From Eledone cirrhosa (lineage: Eukaryota), in assembly GCA_964016885.1 (NCBI GenBank), contig OZ024750.1, positions 7,688,001 through 7,752,000 on the forward strand: 64,000 bases of DNA. Reading direction: 5' to 3'. The notes under the pieces are model-generated. The model was not told where the DNA came from, made no database searches, and saw nothing but the letters and a program-made list of their open reading frames with translations. Below, in pieces: positions 55,036 through 64,000 of the stretch. The position numbers were made by a program, and so were the translations under genes. Each line of letters opens with the position of its first letter. Within the stretch, counting starts at the first letter, position 1.

Positions 55036-55760
55036 GACTACAACGACAGCAACAAAAACATTAACATCAACATCATCATCACCAACTAGAATAACAACAA
55101 AGACAAGAGACACATTAGCAACAACTGTAACATCATCAACAACAACAACAAGAGGAACAACAACAACAAGAGCAACAATAACAAGAACGATATCAACTAC
55201 AGCAACAAAAACATTAACATCAACATCATCATCACCAACTAGAATAATAACAAAGACAAGAGACACATTAGCAACAACTGTAACATCATCAACAACAACA
55301 ACAACAGCAACAACAGCAACAGCAACAACAACAGCAACAACAACAAGAGCAACAGCAACAACAACAAGAGCAACAGCAACAACAACAAGAGCAACAGCAA
55401 CAATAACAAGAACGATATCAACTACAGCAACAAAAATAACAACAACATGTTCGACAAGAAAAGTAGTGACATCAAGAATAGTAACATTGAAACTAAAAAA
55501 AAAAAAAACAACGACAGCAGTTACAACAACAATGACACCATTAAGAGCAGCAGCAGCAACAACAATGACACCAACAACAACCACAGCAACCGTCAGCACT
55601 GATAACATCAATTATGAAAGGAGTACTAACAATGCCATCATTATGAACAACAACAACAACAACAACACAAGGACATTATCAACAACAACAAGAGCGATAT
55701 TATCGTCAATAACAAAAACAGCACCAAACAGCGACGACAAGAACAACATCAACAACTATA
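55036..55760. repeat. Degenerate (CAA)n tract with 153-bp internal duplication
   Basis: Unit starts at 55048 and 55201. Confidence 0.85.
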
Positions 55761-56149
55761 TATGCTGTAACAATAAAGACATCTCGAACAACCAATTAAC
55801 AAGAGAGCTGTTACCCTCATATGCAACTATCCCCAGCTTTCCAACACCTATTGCAGTCGAATAGAGGGCAATAATGGTGTTGCTAAGGAATAGCAACACC
55901 ATTTCCTTCATTTCAAAATCCTATATATATATATATATACATATATATATAAATATATATTTATATATACAAATAAAGATTCAGCGAGAATCGCATTTCG
56001 GCGGGCAGGAAAAGCGAAGCGAAACGTAAAAATCAGAAATGATACTGGCAAAGTGCTCAATAGTTAAAAACCAGAGCGAAACAAAGTGTTAAGAAGTCAT
56101 ACAAAACTGAAAAGGTGGTCAAGAAGGCATTAACCACCCAAGCCAATAT

Positions 56150-56181
<32 letters not shown>

Positions 56182-56528
56182 AGGAAACGAAAGGAGGTGT
56201 GTGGTTACTGTAAACAAAGTTTAAGATGGTAGTATGGACGAAACAAGAGAAGAAAAGAATGTTTCGGCGCTTAATAGAGGACATCTAAAAACGATCAGCG
56301 GCGCGCCCAAGACCTTTTATCCATCAAAAGGCCAGGGGGGAGAGAAAAGGAGAAAGAAGAAAGATGAAAAAAGGGGGAAAGTAGTGAGGAGAGAGGAAGA
56401 AAGAGTTAAAACAGGTAAACAGACCAAATGGTGGGGGGACATATATTTAGGTGTTAAGGTGCAACTTAATTGCGTCCGTAGGCAGTATACCGGTCGATCA
56501 CTCGATGTTCTTGGGGATCAAAGTATCA

Positions 56529-56782
56529 ATAGTATTAATATATAAAGGAACAAAGAATCGGTTTTGGATGGATCATATACATATTTATTACATATTACAT
56601 ATGTTTCACTGTTGATCAGCTCGAGGAATGATCTATTAATAATCGAACCTGACTCTAGGATCGGAAGCTCTTCAGATATGTTATAATATGCAGGCTCGCG
56701 TCTGATCGACAGTGAAACATATGTAATATCTAATAAATATGTATCTGATGCAACACGGATCCTTTGTTCCATTATATATTAA

Positions 56783-56788
<6 letters not shown>
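56529..56788. mobile_element. Family E fold-back
   Basis: Arms about 56529-56619 and 56702-56788. Confidence 0.85.
56590..56681 (-). ncRNA. Type-I hammerhead ribozyme with large stem II insertion
   Basis: Minus strand reads ACATAT-CTGAAGA-GCT-(~55 nt)-AGT-GAAA-CATATG-TA-ATATGT: 6-bp stem I, palindromic stem III, GUA site. Confidence 0.7.
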
Positions 56789-56818
<30 letters not shown>

Positions 56819-56986
56819 AGTATAACATGAAGTTACTGTAGGTTCACCCAGTGAATATATATATATATATATATATAATGTATATAATATATATTATATA
56901 TATATTTTATAAAGAGTCGGGACCCCACGGCTCAGCTCTTAAGTTTCCAGAGCTAGTTCCAGTCTGGAGCACTCTATAATATAACC

Positions 56987-57320
56987 ACGGCCCTTTATGG
57001 TCTGAGTTCAAATCCCGCCGAGGTCAACTTTGCCTGTCATCCTTACGGGGTCGATAAAATAAAGTACCAGTAATGTACTGGGTATTTGCTGGCCTTGTTC
57101 CAAAAGTAGAAACAATTAATTATCAGTGAATTAGCAGTATCGGTAGAGGGTCGGACGCCATGTTTTGACTCATAGAGTTACGGCCCTTGCCATTCCGAGT
57201 TCAAATCCCGTCGAGGTTAACTTTGCTTTTCATTCTTATGGGATCGATAAAATAAAGTACCAGTAATACACCGATATATAATTGCTGGCCTTGTGCCAAA
57301 AGTAGAGATGATTAATTATC
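56987..57320 (+). mobile_element. Two tandem tRNA-derived SINEs
   Basis: Homology to the other copies. Confidence 0.9.
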
Positions 57321-57474
57321 AGTAACACTAACATAGCGTGATTCACAAAAGAGATGTATATGACTGTATATACAATATGTTTATGCATAATATACCTACA
57401 CAGGTCTCGTGATGGGTTTTTAAAGGTGCGATGTTGCCACAGTTATCTCAGTAGCCGCGAGAGAGAGTTAAGAA

Positions 57475-57524
<50 letters not shown>

Positions 57525-57537
57525 AGAGTATGGGAAC

Positions 57538-57756
57538 AGCACCACCACCAGCACCAGCACCGCCATAAACACCACACCAACACCAGCACAACCACCAGCA
57601 TCACCACCATCAACACCACAACCACCATCAGCACCATCAACACCAACACCAACAGCATCACCACCACCACCATCAACACCACCACCACCAACACCAACAC
57701 CACCACCACCACCACCACCACCATCAACACCACCACCACCAACACCACCACCACCA
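57538..57756. repeat. (CAC)n microsatellite
   Basis: Directly visible. Confidence 0.95.
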
Positions 57757-58004
57757 TCTCTCTCTCTGTTTACTCTCAACGTTTCTATGGCACTTAGTCA
57801 AGCTTTACATGTTTCAGTACCATTTCGCTTTGTATCCGCCACACACCCCGCCATCTTCTGCAAGCAACTATGGCGGGCTGTCACCAGAATTCTACTTACA
57901 TTCAAGTAAAAAGCTGACGAGATGCCAAGCCAGTTTGCAGGCGATGCAATTACTAAGAACTTGTCAGCCATTCACACATCACTGGCGATAGAAATCAAGG
58001 CATA

Positions 58005-58565
58005 CGCACACACATACACACATTCGTTCTCATGATCGCTTACTCACTAGCATGTACGCTCACATGCATGCATGCACGCATAGAGACACATACACACATT
58101 CGTTCTCATGATCGCTTACTCACTAGCATGTACGCTCACATGCATGCATGCACGCACGCATAGAGACACATACACACATTCGTTCTCATGATCGCTTACT
58201 CACTAGCATGTACGCTCACATGCATGCATGCACGCACGCATAGAGACACATACACACATTCGTTCTCATGATCGCTTACTCACTAGCATGTACGCTCACA
58301 TGCATGCATGCACGCACGCATAGAGACACATACACACATTCGTTCTCATGATCGCTTACTCACTAGCATGTACGCTCACATGCATGCATGCACGCACGCA
58401 TAGAGACATATACACACGTACACACATTCGTTCTCATGTTCGCTTACACACTAGCATGTACGCTCACATGTATGCATGCACGCACGCATAGAGACACATA
58501 CACACACTCGTTCTCATGATCGCTTACTTACTAGCATGTACGCTCACATGCATGCATGCACGCAC
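58005..58565. repeat. 80-bp minisatellite, about 7 copies
   Basis: TAGAGACA recurs at 58081, 58161, 58241, 58321 and 58401. Confidence 0.95.
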
Positions 58566-59159
58566 ACACGTATACTCGTACGCATACATACATGCACGCA
58601 CAGACACACGCCCACACGTACGCTCACGCACACACGAACGCACAGTGATACGTATACATGTAATGCACGCAGAGACACAAGCACACACGTACGCATGTAA
58701 TGCACGCAGAGACACAAGCACACACGTACGCTCACATGCACGCACGCACGCACAGATACGTACGCACGTACGCATGCATGCACGCACAGACACACGCACA
58801 CATGTATGCTTACATGCATATACGCACGCACAGATACGTACACAGGTACGCATGAATGCATGCACAGACACACGCACACACGTACGCATGCACGCACACA
58901 CTAAGACACGAATGCATATTCAACATACCCACACTTCTATCTATACGTACACACACACACACTTTATATATTGTATACAACACACATTATGAAAGGTGTG
59001 CAACATTTAACAGGTAGACTGATATGTACAGTTGCGCTTCAGATATCTCATACACATTATATATATATGCATGTATGTATTGCACGCATGCACAAGTGCA
59101 CACGCACATACACACACATATATATATATATATGATGTATAATATTAATTATATATACA

Positions 59160-59338
59160 TGGCAGTATCGGTAGAGGGTTGGACGCCATGCTTTCTAGCA
59201 TAGTTACATCCCTTTACGGTCTGAGTTCAAATCCCGCCGAGGTTGACTTTGCCTTTCATCCTCACGGGGTCGATAAAATAAAGTACCAGTAATGCACTGT
59301 TATTGCTGGCCTTGTGCCTAAAGTAGAAACAAGTAATT
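59160..59338 (+). mobile_element. tRNA-derived SINE
   Basis: A box, B box, body. Confidence 0.92.
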
Positions 59339-59781
59339 ATATATATATACATACATGTCTTAATATATATGAGCATATATGCATATATATTTCCTCTTCG
59401 AAAGCACTTTTATAAATATACATAGATGGTTAGACATTACACCAAACAGACCTAAGAGATTTGGTTATTTTATCGTCTAGAAATAGCAGCTAAATCTACC
59501 TCAAATCATACCTCGGAAAACAAGAAGCCAAAGTTACGTTAGGTAATGTAATGGTGGATATCTTAAGTAATTTTTCATCACAACTTGATTCTGTCGTGGT
59601 TGAGATAAGACCTGGGGTTATTTAAGGACAGTAGCATAACTTACACGAATAAACTGTGAAAGAAACTAGAGCACGCGCATACATAATCACGCACACACAC
59701 GCACACACACACACACACACACACGCACATATAAATATATAGAAAAACTTTCTCACACAAATCTATATATGTATATATATG

Positions 59782-59950
59782 CAAGGCCGTGGTAACAACA
59801 TTATAGCCCCCCCCCCCCCCGGGGCAAAGCAGAGTACTGGGGCCTCTACCTACACAACCACTCACAGGAATAAAAATACAACTGGGCTCCCCTATCCTCG
59901 TGGGGCCCCTGGGCAACTGCCCAGCGTGCCCATGCGCTAAGATGGCCCTG
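59782..59950. mobile_element. hAT-like MITE with 8-bp target-site duplication
   Basis: Termini CAAGGCCGT.../...ATGGCCCTG; TATATATG at 59774-59781 and 59951-59958 (TSD lies in low-complexity DNA); GC-rich body. Confidence 0.7.
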
Positions 59951-59978
59951 TATATATGCATATATATATATGTATATA

Positions 59979-60018
<40 letters not shown>

Positions 60019-60116
60019 TATATATATATATATTATTCAGTTGATGAAAGTTGGTTGAACATATATAATCCACCGAATTTTTTTGTAAACAGACGTAAAT
60101 CACTGTACGATTTATT

Positions 60117-60169
<53 letters not shown>

Positions 60170-60293
60170 GTAGGAGGTGAGTTTTATTGTAGTACAATAA
60201 AGCAATGCAGATATCGGATAAGAAGCACTCTACAGTTTGTAGGACTGGAGTATACATAATATAAGATCAAAAGATGGTTAAAGGAGTTCCATG

Positions 60294-60364
60294 TATTTTA
60301 TTATGCGCATTTCAAAAACAAACATCATCATGCAATAATATTTGTGTTTTCATCAGATAAAACA
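60294..60364 (-). ncRNA. Type-I hammerhead ribozyme (minus-strand mirror copy)
   Basis: Exact reverse complement of 60484-60554. Confidence 0.75.
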
Positions 60365-60483
60365 GGAGAACATGATATGAAGGCTAAAAGACACTTGTGG
60401 ATAGTGCAGTTTTAAATCAACATGCAGTTGATTTAAAACTGCACTATCCACAAGTGTCTTTTAGCCTTCATATCATGTTCTCC

Positions 60484-60554
60484 TGTTTTATCTGATGAAA
60501 ACACAAATATTATTGCATGATGATGTTTGTTTTTGAAATGCGCATAATAAAATA
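60484..60554 (+). ncRNA. Type-I hammerhead ribozyme
   Basis: Stem I TGTTTTAT/ATAAAATA; CTGATGA 60492-60498; stem II AAA(C)ACAAATAT/ATGTTTGT(T)TTT; GAAA 60535-60538; palindromic stem III ATGCGCAT; AUA site with cleavage after 60546. Confidence 0.8.
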
Positions 60555-61091
60555 CATGGAACTCCTTTAACCATCTTTTGATCTTATATTATATATATAT
60601 ATATATATATAGTAAAAAATTGAACGGGAACAAAACAGAGAGGCAGTACGAACAAAGGTTTATTAGTTTCACGCTCTTGAGAGTGGGGTATATATATATA
60701 TGAATATATGTATGGCTGAATGAATAAATGAATGCATATATGTATGTACTTATGTTGTATATAGCTAGGCTTGTGGGTAGTCATGTAGAAAAAGCTGAAT
60801 GAAAACAATTGGTTACTATATAATAATATAAACGTAAAAGCTGGCGGCAGATTCGTATAATAAAGTGAATAAATATAATTTATCAGGAAATGTAATTGGA
60901 TTTACTTTAAAGTACCTTCATTAAAGATGAGTAATGCTTAGCGAAGAAATGTGATAGTTTTCTAATTGATCGTAATTCTCGATATCCCACGTCAGTCTGG
61001 CGTGAGAGAGCTTACCGATACAACTCTCTAAACACTTCATATTGACTTCATTTAAAGTGTGCAGCATCTACAGGTGTTACGCAAGCTAAGT

Positions 61092-61775
61092 GCTTCTCTC
61101 TTTCTCTATTTCCCCCACTTCTTCTCCCGGTCACCCTACTCTATCTCTATCTCTATTTCCCCCTCTTCTTCTGGTCATCCTCACCCTCTCTATCTATATT
61201 TCCCCCCTCTTCTACTTCTGGTCATCCTCACCCCCTCTTTCTCTATTTCTCGCACTTCTTCTCCCGGTCATCCCTACTCTCTCTCTCTCTCTCTCTCAAT
61301 CTCTATTTCTCCCTCTTCTTCTCCCGGTCATCTTCACTCTCTTTCTCTATCTCTATTTCTCCCTCTTCTTCTCCCGGTCGTCTCCACTCTCTCTCTCTAT
61401 CTCTATTTCTCCCTCTTCTTCTCCAGGTCATCTCCACTCTCTCTCTATCTCTATTTCTTCCTTTTCTTCTCCCGGTCGTCTCCACTCTCTATCTCTATTT
61501 CTCCCTCTTCTTCTCCCGGTCGTCTCCACTCTCTCTCTCTATCTCTATTTCTCCCTCTTCTTCTCCCGGTCATCTCCACTCTCTCTCTATCTCTATTTCT
61601 TCCTTTTCTTCTCCCGGTCGTCTCCACTCTCTATCTCTATTTCTCCCTCTTCTTCTCCCGGTCATCTCCACTCTCTCTCTATCTCTATTTCTCCCTCTTC
61701 TTCTGGTCGTCTCCACTCTCTCTCCATCTCTATCCTCCCCCTTCTTCTCCCGGTCATCCCCACTCTCTCTGCTTC
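61092..61775. repeat. Pyrimidine-rich ~45-55-bp minisatellite
   Basis: TCTCTATTTCTCCCTCTTCTTCTCCCGGTCRTCTCCACTCTC repeated. Confidence 0.93.
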
Positions 61776-62120
61776 TATCTACCTCTCATTATTCCCTATC
61801 CTTTCTTTTCTCCCCTCTGGCTATAATTATTGCAAAATAAAATCCATATTTCTTTTGTTTTATTTTTTAATTCACTACAAGTCGAGTCACAAATCATTCC
61901 TTTCGTTTTTTTTCCGGTTTTCATTAAAATAACGGACTTCGTTTAAATATTTGCTTTACGAAAATAGCAATAAAAAAACACAGAAAATAGCAATAAAAAA
62001 CCGATAACAACGATAAAAGACGCACAGAAGTGAAGAAAATTGCTTAATAATTAAATTACAAAGAACTTTTCTCGCTTTTGTTTTATATTCTTTCGCCAAA
62101 TTCTTACTCTCCCGTTCTTG

Positions 62121-62330
<210 letters not shown>

Positions 62331-63522
62331 AGCTGTCTGTATCTCACTTCCTCATGATCCTTATTCTTCATTCTCTGCTTTGCTCTCACCCCACTCCCTT
62401 TCCTCTCACGTACTTTCTCCGCATCTGCCACCTGTTACTCTCCACTTGAAAGAAAAATCTTTGAAAAATCCCGATAGAACAGAGATGTCAGAAAGACTAA
62501 TTCAGACAAATATGTCATCACACCAACAACAACAACACCACCACCAATAGAAACAAAAAACACCAACAACGACAAAAACACCACCAACAACACTAACAAA
62601 AACGAAAATACCAACAGCAAGAACAACACTTCCAACAACACCAGCAACATCACCAAAAAACAACACCAACACAACCCACACCACCACCATCTACAACAAC
62701 AAAACATCAACACCACCACCACCATCATCATCACCCTCATAATTATTATTACTAGTATTACTATTATTATTATTATTATTTACTTACATAAAATATAAGG
62801 AGTAACAATTAAAAGACGAGGAAACCCAGCGAAAAAACAATATTGATTCCTCACACTAATGTATGAAGTAGTAATACGACTTCCGCAGCGATTCCTCTGT
62901 ACGTGTGTCTGTGTACGTGTATGTGCGTGTGTCTGTACGTGTTTGAACGTGTTTATGTGTGTGTGAGTGTGTGTTGGCGAGAGTAAGCGAGTGTGTGTAT
63001 GTGTATATGCAGATGTCAGTGTGTCAGTGCGTGAGTGAGTGAGTACATTTCTGTTTGTATTTGTGAGTTTGTGTGAGAGTTTGTTGTGTGTGTGCATATT
63101 CAAAAGTGTGAGTGCGTAATTGTGAGTGTATGTGAGTGAGTGTGTGTTTGTTTGAGTGTGTGTGCATATGCAGAAGTGTTAGTGTGTGTGCGTGTGCATA
63201 TACAGAAATGTTAGTGTGTGTGTGAATGTGTGCTTGTTTGTGTATTTGCGTGTGTATATGTGTGTGTGTTTGTGTGTGTCTGTATGCATAAGTGTGTTTG
63301 TGTGTGTGTGTATGCACATGCAGAAGTGAGTGTATATACAGCAATGTTATCATCAGGTTATCTAATGTATATATACATATGTTGAACAACTTTATACACA
63401 CGTGCATACAAAGAAAAAAAGTATAAACATATATATGATACACGAACATAATACACGTGCATATATACACAAGGACACACGTACACACACGAACTAATGT
63501 AGATACATGCAAGTATATACAC

Positions 63523-63852
<330 letters not shown>

Positions 63853-64000
63853 AACTCCAGGCACATAATCATATACTCATATACATATGCATATACATAG
63901 TGACATATATATATACATATACATATGCACATACATAGCGCTATACACATGCATAGCGACATACACACACATAGCGACATACACACACACACACAGCGGC

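Larger units (their letters stand above)
60256..60592. mobile_element. Perfect fold-back, family G (165-bp arms, 7-nt spacer)
   Basis: 60256-60420 is the reverse complement of 60428-60592 with no mismatch seen. Confidence 0.95.

Noticed and set aside
54971-55864. ~297-codon stop-free Thr-rich mucin-like frame
   Set aside because: The ACA frame of a decayed (CAA)n tract is intrinsically stop-poor; no signal peptide or convincing start

Overview
AT-rich, microsatellite-dense animal genomic DNA. The SINE types and the (TA)n/(TATG)n landscape suggest a coleoid cephalopod such as Octopus (inference). Only one convincing protein-coding region is present: an intronless 507-aa coiled-coil ORF (1961-3484, minus strand) with a perfect CRE about 150 bp upstream and an AATAAA downstream. 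Nearly all other long ORFs in the track are microsatellite translations. Repeats include many copies of a tRNA-derived SINE (often in tandem), CORE/Meta-type SINEs, RTE-clade LINE fragments, a 5'-truncated retroposon sitting in (TATG)n, mariner- and hAT-like MITEs, a probable Helitron 3' end, a ~5 kb complex satellite and several minisatellites. The main discovery is about 20 short non-coding elements from at least 8 unrelated sequence families, mostly inserted in (TA)n tracts. They carry type-I hammerhead ribozyme cores (CUGANGA...GAAA...UH, usually with a palindromic stem III), and many are head-to-head fold-backs of one consistent polarity. One is a perfect 165-bp inverted repeat encoding an intact hammerhead on each strand (60256-60592). 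The best interpretation is Penelope-like-element pseudo-LTR / retrozyme-like relics. All structures were folded by eye, and activity is untested.
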